Assembly: GCA_012295275.1 (NCBI GenBank)
Contig: CM022667.1
Coordinates: forward strand, 558,001 to 622,000
Direction of reading: 5' to 3'
DNA from: Chrysomallon squamiferum
Taxonomy: Eukaryota > Animalia > Mollusca
Length of the DNA stretch: 64,000 nucleotides
Positions 12,825 to 25,647 of the stretch are shown piece by piece. Under the pieces are notes generated by a model that saw only the letters and a list, made by a program, of their open reading frames with translations, did not search any database and had not been told where the DNA came from. Each line of letters starts with the position of its first letter. Position 1 is the stretch's first letter. A program made the position numbers and the translations under genes.

Positions 12825-13098
12825 AATAATAAACAAATAAACAAATAAACAAATAAATAAATAAAAAAGGTAAAAAAAAAAAAAAAATAATAAATAAATA
12901 AAAACAAGTAAAGAAATAGATAGACGGATAGACAGACAGACAGACAAGCAGGCAGACAGACAGACTGATAGAGAGATAGCTAGATTGATAGAAAAATTAA
13001 TAAATAAATGTATTATTAATAAAAAAAATACACGTAAGACAGAGAATTTACTTTACGCTCGGAGTACAGTCTACTATTTATTAAAGAGATTATTTTAC

Positions 13099-13236
13099 CT
13101 GATGGTGTGTGAGGCAAATTGTACCCCCAGGGCGTCTCTTGGCGCAGATAAATATCTAGAAGAGCACCGATGTCATGGCAACCTCATCAACGTTTACCTC
13201 GACAGGAGATCCTGTGCAGAGGTCTTCAGCCTTATT
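13099..13236 (-). other. Probable 5' UTR exon of the alpha-kinase gene
   Basis: Polypyrimidine acceptor tttttttttag and donor CAG|gtaaaa; contains an in-frame stop and a short uORF (MTSVLF*). Confidence 0.45.
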
Positions 13237-13599
13237 CTAAAAAAAAATGAGATATTCATTTGTACGTAGATACAATGACAACAACAACAAAAAAAAAAAA
13301 AAAAAAAAAAAATACAACGACAAAGCGACAGCAATTAATAATTTTAACGAGAAGACGAAAAAGGAGACAATCAACAAAGACAAAAAGCACATTAAGAAGT
13401 GGGAGACAGAGGGAAAAAGAAAATATTTTTAAATTAAATATATTTATTCGTTTTGTAGAAAAATGATAAATAGTTGTGTACGTATATATTAGGGGAAAAT
13501 AAAATAGAGTAAATAAATAAATAAATATAAAAAACAAATAATTTTAAATTAAAAATGGAAGAGGGAAGAAGAAAAGCAAACATGAAATAATAATAATAA

Positions 13600-13630
<31 letters not shown>

Positions 13631-14402
13631 ATATTGAAAAAGAAGAAAAAGAAGAAGGTAAGAAATGAAATAAGAAAAACAAAAAGACACACACACACAA
13701 AAAATCCCAATCCACTAAATAATAATTTTACTTGTTTCTCATAAAATAATTTAAAAATATCCATGACGTAGAATTACGTCTTTACGACTGCAACATATCA
13801 TTCCTCTTTATTGTTCATTGTGTCCTTCTCGTTCTAGCACAAACAAACTGACACACACACACATGCACATAACTAATGGATAGTTAAGGTGTTTGACACA
13901 TTCTAGCAGTAAAGTGATAAGATGACGCCAACAGCTCGAGGCATTTTTGCAACATATTAAATATGTCCGGTTGAGCAGACAACAACTACAACAACAACAG
14001 TAATTATGTTTCTCTCCAAATCATCATGCTGTTGTCGTTGCTCTTACTGCAGATATTACCACCACCACCACCACTATGCTGTTGTTGTTGCTGCTACTAT
14101 TACCACTACTAATACGCTACTGCTACTACAACTACTACTACTACTACTACTACAATTATTACAGCTGTTACTACTATTATCAGAAATACATACACTGCAT
14201 ATTATTATACTTCCTGTTGCTATAGAGTATACACTACCTTTATACTTCTACTATTTCTGATCTAGTGCTAAAACTATGTTAAAGCTGGTGATACTTATTT
14301 TAATAATACTGAAAACGTTTTAACTAAATTACACGATCATTTCTGTTAAACATGCAGAGAAACAAACAGATTAATATATAAATATAGGCACACCTATATA
14401 TA

Positions 14403-14438
<36 letters not shown>

Positions 14439-16679
14439 TGTATGTATGTACACATACATTATATACACATACATATATACAAACATACATACATGCATAC
14501 ATATACACACACACACACACACAATACACGTATACAAACACAGACACAGCAATACATCTATAAAATACTTACTCAAATGTAATGCTAAAAAATAATTTAA
14601 AATAATATAAAACTAAACTAAAATGAAACCAAACCTGGCATTTTGCGAGATTTCTTCAACGAGGAACAATGCCGATTCCTTCTTCATAAAAACAGAGGAG
14701 AGAAAAAAAAAATGGGAAAAAAAAAAAAAAAAAGAAATTTGGGAGAGAGAAAGTAATGTGTAACTGAATTTTGTAATTTGATACGCAATTGGCTCCACAG
14801 GCTGTCAAAAACACGCGCCTCTGCAGACGCAGCAGGAACAGTTGAACAGAGACAGCTTGCGTTGAAAATGCCCAGCCAAAGATAGCAGCAGTTCCTGGCA
14901 TTCTTCAGTGAACAGATATCGCAGTTTTACGAAGTCTAGTTTTGGTGTGCAAGTGCTGTCTGCAGACGACATTGACGAATATAAATTAAACGGTAAAATG
15001 GAGTGTATTGTAAACGTAGGAGGAAAGGCAGGACAAAAACAGTTCTGTTCAGTGCTAGATACGCATATAACGTACATACATACATGCGTAGAACAAACAT
15101 GCGTAAATATATGATTTATGTATATGTACATAATACATAAATACATGCATACACAAGCACATACACATATATTACGATTATACACACTTGCATATAAACA
15201 CACACATACTACAAACATATATATCTGTATACACACCCATAAACATACATATACATACATACAAACATAAGTACGTACACACATACATATACACATATTT
15301 ATATATGTTTGTGTTTATATACAAACACACATACAATTTATATATATAATTTTATAATGTATTCTACAACAGACCCGAAAACATTGATACAAACTCACAA
15401 ACCTCACAAGAAATAACAAAAAAAAAAAATAATGGTTTACCTGAGCTGCATAAATTCTTAATAACAAACAACACCTTTTTCTCGCTAGCGATGTCAGTCC
15501 ATATCTGATATCAGTGCTATTTACCTTTATTTACAAACCTCGCTAATGACAGGTGAAAAACACCTGTTCCATTGACCATCATTTCGATTTCTGCTAGAGC
15601 AAACTGACGACTGTAAAACTAATGCGACTTGCATGGAGATGATAATTGAGTTGTCTCATTATAGTATTTGATTTATTGCCATATAATAGCAATCAATATC
15701 GACACAGTATCTATTACACAGGCCGCCATATTTAATATTGTATAATGACAAACGTGTGTGCGTATTTAAATTGTATTTGTATAATTACTAACTTATACCG
15801 ATAAACAAGTCATTATGTGGTGTTAATTAATAATAGAGAGCCATGATACTGGTTACGAATACGAAATAGATTTGTTATGAATATATAATTTACATTCAAG
15901 GCATTAAATCATCATGTAATTTGAATTAGTATTGTTCCCGCACACTTTTGTAGTCGTTTTTAATATTTAGAATAAATGTTGACTCGGGCAAATGTAAAGA
16001 GAGAGATAAAATAATGTTCCCAGTAATTTACAATCGCCGCAACGTTGACGTTGGTAAAATTATGAAGGAGCAATATTTTAACTAACAGACTACTATGAAA
16101 AATCATAGCTTACAGAAAAAAACCAAGACTAAAAGACATTTTAGTCTCTACGCGATTTTCAGAATAATACGTCTATCCTAAAAAAGTACGGAAATGTTTT
16201 TGAGACGTTTTTGAATGATATGTCATGTTTTACGAATTTTATTAAGGTTTTTTTTTTTTTTTTTTAATGTTACGTTTTTTATAGACTTTGAGAAAGGATA
16301 TCTCCTGAATAGTATCTAAAATAGTTTTAAACAGATTTTTGAAAGGATACTTTCTAAGATAGATTTAGAGATGTCTTGCTCTATAAACTGTAATGTTAAA
16401 CATGTCCGAACGCTTCTGCATATAACTTTAAAAGGTTTCATACATGTAAATAAATGTTGTTGTTTTCTTAAAATATAACGAAAATAATAAATATATAGAC
16501 ATAGGACCAAAGCACACTGTAATAAACATTACAATGATCAATTTGAAGTTAAATCGAATCCCTAGAGATAAAATAGAAAATGATTAATTGCTTTAAGTAA
16601 TAAAAGAATTGTATGTGCTAGTGCGTCTTTAATTCATAAATACACACACATATATATATATCACATACCTACAAGGCAT

Positions 16680-16712
<33 letters not shown>

Positions 16713-18108
16713 AATCACGTATACATACGCATACGTACACATACAAATACATACATACATACATACACACAAACATATACATATCAACAGATATTCGTAC
16801 ATCAAACATATTTCGCACATGCACACGAACCAGCATACACATGGACACACATACATTAATGCACTTAACACCTTTTCTTTCTGATATAAAAAAGGGGTAT
16901 TTATAATTATTGCATTTTAGACCTTGTTAATGGTTCTACAGATGTTGTTACTGAAATCAGAAACTGTCGTCACATATGCAGTACGGTAACACATTAACAA
17001 CACATCGATCTCCGGGTTGCTATAACAACCAGTCATCAAATCCGATGTTTTACGTAACAGAAGGACACCTCGACTGGTATCAATCAATAAACTGTCCTTT
17101 TAATCATACTGGAAACAGAACAAGACATATTTTCCTGATGTAACATTTAGCTTGTTTCTTAAAGTAGTAATAAATAAATAAATAAATAAACAAATAAATA
17201 AACAAACAAAAACAACAGTAGTAGCAGCAGCAGTAGTAGTAGTAGTAGTAGTAGTAGTAATAATAATAATAATAATAACAATAACAACAACAGGAACAAC
17301 AACAACAACAATAATAACAATTAAAAACATAACAAACACAAAACAGCCATTTAGTTATCATCCTATGCTGTTATTCTACTAGTCTGTCCACCTAGACATC
17401 CATCCATCCATATATCTATCTACACGACATTCTATCAGTCAATCTTACTCTACAATTTATGACACTTATTGCTGCTGAAAGGAGATAATTCTGTTTTATT
17501 TCTTTACTTTATACATATTTATAGTAATATTCTGTATCATAAAGAATAAATTACATAATGATTTTATATAATAAAGTTTTTTTTTCAATGCTATAGTAAT
17601 AATATATGCATTTGCCAACAAATAAACATAGGTTTAAAATATTTTGATCTATACTGCAATGCTCCGTCAGAAAGATAAATCGATTGAAACGAATGCAATA
17701 TTATTTAAAACACCTCACCTCGGCTGGTAATTATGTAGGAAATGGAAGCCATGGTGTTCTTGGCAGAGATGAATAAAATCGTTTTATCGGGCCATATCGA
17801 TCTACCAGTTTGGAAACTGGTAACGACGTCATAGCAGGAAGGGAGATAATTCGCGTCAAATGAGAAAACGGCAGCTGCTAATTAAATCCATACAGAGTAA
17901 AATAGTGTTTGTACAAATTGCATTACGACATGAAGATACAAAGATAGGTTATCAAAGGGTGTTAATAAAAGGTAGCTTCACTTACCTCACGTTATTATTA
18001 TTATCATCATCATCATTATTTATTTATTTATTTATTTATTTGTTTATTTTTATTTTTTGCTCGATTACAATATCATTTTTTAAAATGGAAAAAATTAATT
18101 ATATAACT

Positions 18109-18141
<33 letters not shown>

Positions 18142-18579
18142 TTCTATAAAATACTTGTCAAAGAAAACAGAAATAAAGATGGGGGGGGAATATGAGATAG
18201 CAATTAAAACATTTAATTAAAGTTATAATAATAATAAACAAACAATGAAGGGAAACCAACATTGGGCTGCATTAACCTTTCTGCAAATCTGCTAAAATTA
18301 CAACTGTCTGACATTTAATTGGAGATTTAATTATTACATGTATGTATATATGTATGTATGTACTACAGTGTTGTGCATGTATGTCTATATGTATGTGTAT
18401 GTCTGTTTGCCTATCTGTATGTGTATATGCATCTGTATATGTATGTATATATGTATGTGTGTATTTATATATGTATGTATGTATATATGTATGTATGTAT
18501 GCATATATGTATGTATGTATATATGTATGCATGTAGGTACGAATTTATGTATGCATTTATGTATTTATGTTTTATGTAC

Positions 18580-18612
<33 letters not shown>

Positions 18613-20025
18613 GTATGTATCTTGAGAAACTTATACATCCAGATATATGTATTCAAGGACATGAACGTATTATAACTTTAAATATGTTAATATACAGCAG
18701 AAAGAAACATGGACACAACAGACGTAATGCTAATCAATAATGACTGAAAGCAACACTGTAGGATTATCAAGATAAAATCGAAAATAATTTGTTGTAAACA
18801 CGCAACAAAATAAAACCTCGATCAGGTTTAAGTTAGACTGGTATCACAAAAATTTATATTAGAGAAAAATAAAAAAAATAAAATAAAATAAAACAAAACA
18901 AAACAAAAACACAATCCAAAAAATACAGATTTTGATGCACTGTTTGATCAAATATAGCCAGCATGTTAATTTGTATGCATGTATGTTTGTGATAACTCAT
19001 TTCAGTTGTAGTGTTAAAAATAATATATTTGTGAATTTATTACTGATATATCGCCGGTATAAGAGATTATTATATAAGTGTTCCCTATTTTAAGCAGATT
19101 ATAAAGCAGTGACGTTTTACATTATCGAGATAACAGAAGTCATACTTCTAGATAACACACCCACACTTGTAAATAAACACGTACATACATATATACAGAC
19201 ACATACAATTCATATAGTATCTATGTACGTACATATATACATTAAGAAAAAAAACCGTAATTGTTGTTGTTGTTTTTTTTGTTTGTTTTTTCACTACATT
19301 TTATTTTCCTTATTCTCTTTATTATTAGTATTATATTGATAAATATCACGTTCACTTGAGGGTATTCTGATTCTGTATAAGAATAATAAAACGATATTAA
19401 TTCCATGAACTATAATATATAAAATATTAGAAATTTACTACCGTAGTTTTATACAACAACGATAATATGCGACAGATTTAAACAGAAGTAACTGTTTCAT
19501 AAATATATATCAAACTGCGCCAGATAAAACAACAAATAAAAATAAATAAACAAATAAATCCGATGAATATAACGTTACGTTAAAAGAATATTGATTTGTG
19601 TATATATATATAATATTAAATCTGTTTTATCACTGATATTTAGCTGCACTTAATTTGAATATATAAATGCAGTTAAAAGAAGTTTGTTTTGAAACTATTT
19701 TTTGTTCTTAAAACATATTCAAACTGATTATATCAAATAGGAAGAATAGTGTATCTGTGGTAAAAGGTTGCCTTAATATATTAAAGAAAGTTTACTGGGT
19801 TGACTATAATGTTTGTTCTACTAAAAATTCTATGAAACATTTATTCACAAACATAATTCTGTGCAATAATTTTCTTTAAAATTCCCCTGCTACAGCATCA
19901 TTCATTTATTCGTTGTTGGAGCGCACCATGTAAAGTTGAGAAATAGCACGGATAAGTGTAAATGGCTGCGCCCATAAAAATGTTTGTTATTGTCAATTTT
20001 TGACGTTACATTGTGGATTTCTGTC

Positions 20026-20070
20026 ATGACATTCACTGTTAGTGCATACCGCTCGGTGATTAATTTGTAT
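20026..20070 (+). CDS. C2H2-like membrane protein exon 1
   Basis: ATG...TAT|gtaagt; MTFTVSAYRSVINLY. Confidence 0.72.
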
Positions 20071-23000
20071 GTAAGTATTTCAAATAAGATTATTAATAAA
20101 ATAGGTGCATAGAAAAACAAATTTCTGCGTGAAATTCATTTATCGTTCAACTTTTAGTCTTAATTTTAGTTTATCTTAAACTCACCAAGTTCAACAGTGT
20201 CAGCAGGCATAAATTTAAAGTTTGAAATAATTTTTCAGTTTGGAATTCAGTTAATTCAGTATCTACGAAACAACTGTTTTATTTTAATTCCGGAAAAGCA
20301 ATACAAATCACAGTTGTAGGTTTCTTATCACTTTATTAGTTCGATTTTAGTTTTAAACTAGTCAATAACAATGTTGTATTATGCATGAAACACTAATACT
20401 TAAATAAAATAACAATATAGCCTGTTAATTATGTAGCTGTTTGATGTAAAATATGTTTCATTTATGAATATTTTATTTTCAGATTATTATTATTTTTTCA
20501 ATAGTGACGTCCTCTGGGTTCAGATGTCCAAGAGATGGATGCAGAATTGTTCGAAATGTCATTTTAGAAGTAAGTACATAAGGCTGGAATTTAAACATAG
20601 CCAGTATAATTCACTCAATGTTATGCTACAAACTTGGTATACAGCTACAAGATTAATTCTTCTTTGGGCACATACTGAGTAATTTTGTATTCCATTGCCT
20701 TTCACATCTCATTAATAAACAATAGTATTACTTTTAGACTCTTTTATTTCACTGTGAAGCTACTAACTGATAAAAACAGAATGCAAGTAATCTGTCAGTT
20801 TTTTTAATGATTGTATTAAGAAACTGTATATCGGATGTAATATTTTAATAACCTTTAACATATTAAAATTAAAATCGAAAATGTATTGATGTTGTTTATA
20901 GCACTTTTCTGTATTGTAAACACTAATATAATGACTCATAAAGTTTGTTCAGTGCTGTAGTAATGTATGGAGATTTTGAAACCAGTTTGCTTGAAATTTA
21001 TATTACAAAGTATAATGCTACAGCATTTTAAAGTAGAAAAAACAAATCAATAAAGTTCATCTTTATATATATATATATTCCAGTCATTTCTATTATTTAT
21101 TTGTTTATTATTATTAATTGTAATTGTTATTACTTTTGTTGTTAAACCATCAAAATTTAATTATCTCCTTCTCTTTTTTTTTCTTTAAATTTCCACAGAA
21201 AATTTTACCAGTATATTCTCAACAACTAGTTCCAGTGAACATGCCTTCAACATGTCCCTTCGATCTTTCTCGCGAACTCTTTCATCTGCAAGAACGACGC
21301 AAAATCGTGGAGGGTGCAAGTCGATGGAAATGTGACATCTGTGGCAAAGCTTTTGTTGCTGAGAAATTTTTAGACAAACATTTTGACAACAGACACAGGG
21401 ACTGGATAAGAAAGGTGTGTCTTACTGTGATTATAGTTAACAGTTTGAAGCAGGCCGAATTGTAATGATACAGCTGAGACCTGTGACTCGATTGGTAAAT
21501 TAGTGTATTTTCCAGCCGGTGGGAAGGTGCTTGTAAACAAACCTTTTCCTGCTAATGCACATAGAATGACATCGGCAAATTTTCTGTCTTATGATGACAT
21601 TATCAAAGATGTAATTTTCTATCAGCCTGCTGTTCTTGATTTTAAAAATTTCAGTGTAACACATGGTGTTATCTTGATGTCTTTATATATTCAGGCAATT
21701 TTGGGAAATGGCACTCATATCTGTGTACTATGGCAAAAATATTTTATGTTCAGTCCTAACCAGTAGTTAATGTTAAAAATATTTAGGGTATTGTTTTGTT
21801 ATTTCTTTTACTGTCACAAGTAAAAACACCCAAATGGGTTTAAATTGAGTTAGAAATATTTTTGTTTATTCCAACTGCAAATGACAGTAGTGATTGTAAC
21901 TTGAATAATGAATTTAAATTTGTAAGTTTATTTTGCATAACTAATGATTATTTACGACATATGAATACAGCAACCATTAGCATATCTTCATTTTTATTTT
22001 ATTTTTTCCTTTCTTTTTTTTGCAGGGTAATGATTCTATATGCTTGTCAAATTTTTGTGATATTTTCCGATGTGATATTTTGTCAGGATATCGACGTCCA
22101 GATTTCTGGGACATAGCTCTTTGCATGGAAGATGACATGCGAGAAATATATGACAAATGCATGGTTGGTTTACACACACATATTTTAATTCTGTAGAAAC
22201 AGGCACATCTTTTGATACAAGCTGATTATCTCTTACTTCAAGTCTCCAGGACAGATTATTAATAATATTCATTTGGATAAAAAAAAAAAAAAAAAAACCA
22301 TTCCTTAACTTAATTTATATATAACTAAAATAAATAAATCTGCTCTTAATCATGCACTGAATGCTTTAAAAATAAAAATAATCTGTCTGCAGTATAAATG
22401 ATTGCTGCTGCTTTTTAACAATATCTTTTTAAAATAAATATAATTATTTTGATTTTCTTTATCTTTTTAAAGGAAACTGCAAAAATAGTATCTCTTTAGA
22501 TAAGATTTTATTTTTTTTCTATAAAATTATAAAAACGATTTTTACAACTAGTATTTTTGCTTCAGTTTCTTCAAAATGTTAAAAGGACCCTTGTAACTGT
22601 GACTTGTTTTTATTTTATTTCTGCAGGCTAAAATGAAGTTGTGTGTTCCTGATAAGGCACCTGGTAATCTGAGCATAGTAATCTCAAGTAAGAAATTAAT
22701 AATCATTTCTTATATATTTATTATGTAGTTTGTTAATTAGGTGATTTAAAACAGATGTTCTGGTCTGGATGTATGTGTATGTGTATGTGTATGTGTATGT
22801 ATGTATGTCTAGAAAGGCCTGTATATCTGGAAAGGTTGGTCTGTGTGTAAGTGTGTGTTTCTGTCCATATGTTAAATTAACATGGATTTGTGCACAAGAT
22901 CTGTATCATTACACAGATTAGATTTTAAAAATATAAACGTGAGATGCAGTTTCTTTGAAATCATTATTTCATATATATCGTCATATCTTATTTAGTTATT

Positions 23001-24138
23001 ACATTTTACTATTAATTATTTATTTTGGACAAATCATTATCTGAATTATTATATTTCAGATTTATTAGAAGATCATGTGTGTTCTTATCTGACATGTAAA
23101 AAATACTGGGACATTCCTGAAGAACAGAGGGTGATTATTCTCAAATCTGTTGTCTTAATGTGTTGTTACACATAACTGGAGATAATACATATCTTTATTA
23201 ATCTGATACATATGCATGCCAAAGTATTGTTTATCAAGGTAATGTATCTGTCATGTATGAGGTTGAAGGTTTCTTCTGATAACTGATAATTTTGAAAAGC
23301 ATATTTTGTTTTGTTGTTTTCATTTTTGAATTTATTGAATAAGTTGTATTTATTTTTTGTTCTTTCTAGAATTTTCTATGTAATATTTATAGTTTAGAGT
23401 TTAGATATTACATATCTTTCTGTGTTAAGGAACTGAAAACATAATACATTAACATAGGTTATTTTAAAAAACTTCTTACTTTTATTTTTCAAAAATATAT
23501 AAATATTTTTTTATGTATTATTTAAGACATTTTAATTAAAAAATACTTTTGTTTTCTCTCTCTGCAGCATTCTGATGGCATTGTGGCTCTCTACATCATA
23601 TTCTCAGTCGTAATAGGATTTGGCTTGATTGTTTACTATTGTATTTTTTATCAGTATTACTTGTAAGTATCCATTTTATAAAATTTATAAGATATTAGAA
23701 CATTTGTTCTCTGTAGACAGAAATGCACTAGTTATAAATGTATCTATCACTGTGCTATTTTCACATTTAGATTTAGACATCAATTCAAATAAATATTTGT
23801 TATTATAAAATTTTTCTAAGGATTTGACAAAATTTGGATAAAATATTTTTATGAAGTAATTTTCATCAAGTTATTTTGAGGTTTTTTTTTATTATTCATT
23901 ATAATACTAGAGAAATTAAGACATTTATAATCATTAGTTTTCTGTGAAATGGTTGAATAAAAAAAAGATTTTAACTGAGACTTTTAAAATATTCCTGTTT
24001 CATTTATATATTTTTAAAATATTTTTTTTTTTATATATTTTTTACAGTACTGATGCTTTTGCTGACAGCATGGTTATTGAACAGTATCACAGGAACCAGA
24101 GATTCAGAAATGAGAACCTGAAGTATGACCTCTCTTGA
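20026..24138 (+). CDS. 267-aa signal peptide + Cys-rich/C2H2-like domain + C-terminal transmembrane protein; exons 20026-20070, 20483-20569, 21199-21414, 22026-22163, 22627-22687, 23060-23130, 23568-23662, 24048-24138
   Basis: Eight GT-AG exons total 804 nt in one open frame: MTFTVSAYRSVINLYIIIIFSIVTSSG|FRCPRDGCRIVRNVILEKILPVY...CPF...WKCDICGKAFVAEKFLDKHFDNRH...CLSNFCDIFRCD...LTCKKYW...GIVALYIIFSVVIGFGLIVYYCIFY...KYDLS*. From memory it resembles a poorly characterised plant/invertebrate family of signal-peptide-bearing C2H2 proteins. Confidence 0.88.
20483..20569 (+). CDS. C2H2-like membrane protein exon 2
   Basis: ttttcag|...GAA|gtaagt; IIIIFSIVTSSGFRCPRDGCRIVRNVILE. Confidence 0.8.
21199..21414 (+). 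CDS. C2H2-like membrane protein exon 3 (CxxC...H...H motif)
   Basis: ccacag|...AAG|gtgtgt; contains WKCDICGKAFVAEKFLDKHFDNRH. Confidence 0.92.
22026..22163 (+). CDS. C2H2-like membrane protein exon 4
   Basis: tttgcag|...ATG|gttggt; GNDSICLSNFCDIFRCD...YDKCM. Confidence 0.88.
22627..22687 (+). CDS. C2H2-like membrane protein exon 5
   Basis: ctgcag|...A|gtaaga; AKMKLCVPDKAPGNLSIVIS. Confidence 0.85.
23060..23130 (+). CDS. C2H2-like membrane protein exon 6
   Basis: tttcag|...AGG|gtgatt; NLLEDHVCSYLTCKKYWDIPEEQR. Confidence 0.85.
23568..23662 (+). CDS. C2H2-like membrane protein exon 7 (transmembrane helix)
   Basis: ctgcag|...TT|gtaagt; HSDGIVALYIIFSVVIGFGLIVYYCIFYQYY. Confidence 0.88.
24048..24138 (+). 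CDS. C2H2-like membrane protein exon 8 (cytosolic tail, stop)
   Basis: ttacag|...TGA; AATAAA follows at about 24159 and 24502. Confidence 0.85.
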
Positions 24139-24712
24139 CAACAACATTTATATTCAAAAATAAATAAATAACAAAAAACATTCTTTTAATCTGAGAAGAG
24201 CACCGAGTGTAGTGCATCCCGATTTTAGATCTCTGCAATAATGGTTCTTCACTTCTTCAGGACAGTAATTGATTTGTATGTCTTGTGCTTCATGAATTAT
24301 TATTATTTGTTCCATCAACACTTTCTTATTCACATTCTTCTGTACTTTACTTTTGTATGATATTATTACAGCTTTTTGTCATATCACTATTTCAAATAAT
24401 GTCATTATGTCACTGAAATATTCATGAAACTATTCATGTGCAACGATACATTATATTCATAATCAGTGATGTTTGTATGTTTGGTCAACAGAACTGCCGT
24501 TTAATAAACTTTTTAAAAAATATTTTGTTTTTGTTTTGTTTTATAATTATTATTCCTTCTGATGCTCCATTTGTACTTTAAATCTTTTGAGACAGGTAAA
24601 ATATTCCTTCTTGTTACTTAGCAACAGGCTGTAGTTTGGATCTGAGATATAATAATTAAAACCATGTTTCTTTTTGATGCTATTGGAGATTTTGATTAAT
24701 AAATTATTTAAT

Positions 24713-25228
24713 AGTCATTTCTTGCTGTTGCTGGAAAATATCTCACTAGTGAATTAATTAGTAGTCACTTCTTGGCATTTCTGGAGAATGTCTGTCACTA
24801 GTGAATGATTCTGTAGTCACTTCTTGGCATTTCTGGATAAATTTGTCACTAGTGAATGATTCAATAGTCACTTCTTGGCATTTTTAGAGAATCACTCACA
24901 GGTGAATGATTCTATAGTCACTTCTTATAGTCACTTGACAACATTTGTCACTAGTGAATGATTTACTGATCACTTCCCGACATCACTGAAGAATATTTGT
25001 CACTAGTGAATGATTCAGTAGTTATTTCTTGGAACTGCTGTCACTAGTGAATGGTTTAATGGTCACCTCTCGCAGCTGTAGGATGACTGTATGTCACTAG
25101 TGAATGACTCAGCAGTCACTTCTTGACATTACTCTAGAGAACATCTGTCACTAGTGAATAATTTAACGATCACTTCTTGCCGTTTCGGGAGGACATCTGT
25201 CACTAGTGAATGGTCTAGAAGTCACTTT
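24713..25228. repeat. About 52-bp tandem array (10 copies) with palindromic core TCACTAGTGA, between the convergent gene ends
   Basis: Cores at 24743, 24795, 24846, 24896 (variant), 24948, 25000, 25041, 25094, 25148, 25200. Confidence 0.92.
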
Positions 25229-25254
25229 TTAATGATTGCAGCCTGCTCTTACTG

Positions 25255-25385
25255 CTAAATGAGGAAACTGACTTTTAAACAGTTACACCCACACCCAGTC
25301 GGACAAACAGACTCCTGCTGGAACCAGTTTCTGATGTGATTAGAATGTCCTCCATGACCACAGGTTAAACAGAAATTTGCTGCTC
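25255..25385 (-). CDS. WDR59: WDR59 last coding exon (RING)
   Basis: GAANFCLTCGHGGHSNHIRNWFQQESVCPTGCGCNCLKVSFLI*. Confidence 0.94.
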
Positions 25386-25455
25386 CTTAAACATAAAACA
25401 AATTTTCAGTTTATAACATACAAATATATAAACCAATAACTAAAATAATAATAAC

Positions 25456-25508
<53 letters not shown>

Positions 25509-25605
25509 CAATAATAATAATAAACTCTGGTCATGTAGTAACATATCCAAGATACTAAGGTTAAATGTTTTCATGATTTTGTGAATGACTTTTTCTTACA
25601 AGAAA

Positions 25606-25647
<42 letters not shown>

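Noticed and set aside
16021-16064. Imperfect 44-nt hairpin centred on CAACGTTG
   Set aside because: Too short and AT-rich to support a miRNA or transposon-end call.
13247-18675. Many ORF-track entries rich in C/V/Y/M, H/T/I, poly-F, poly-K, poly-L or poly-I, here and elsewhere (e.g. 33330-34169, 37198-37693, 52192-53502, 57360-57585, 63145-63364)
   Set aside because: They are translations of (TG)n, (TATG)n, (ATT)n, (TTTA)n and poly-A/T microsatellites; no coding signal.
19962-20070. Longer N-terminus MAAPIK-CLLLSIF... obtained by assuming a frameshift in the A5 run
   Set aside because: Unnecessary: the ATG at 20026 spliced to 20483 already gives a complete signal peptide in frame.
24713-25228. 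CRISPR-like reading of the palindromic repeat array
   Set aside because: Eukaryotic context with no cas genes, and the intervening sequences are homologous to one another rather than unique spacers.
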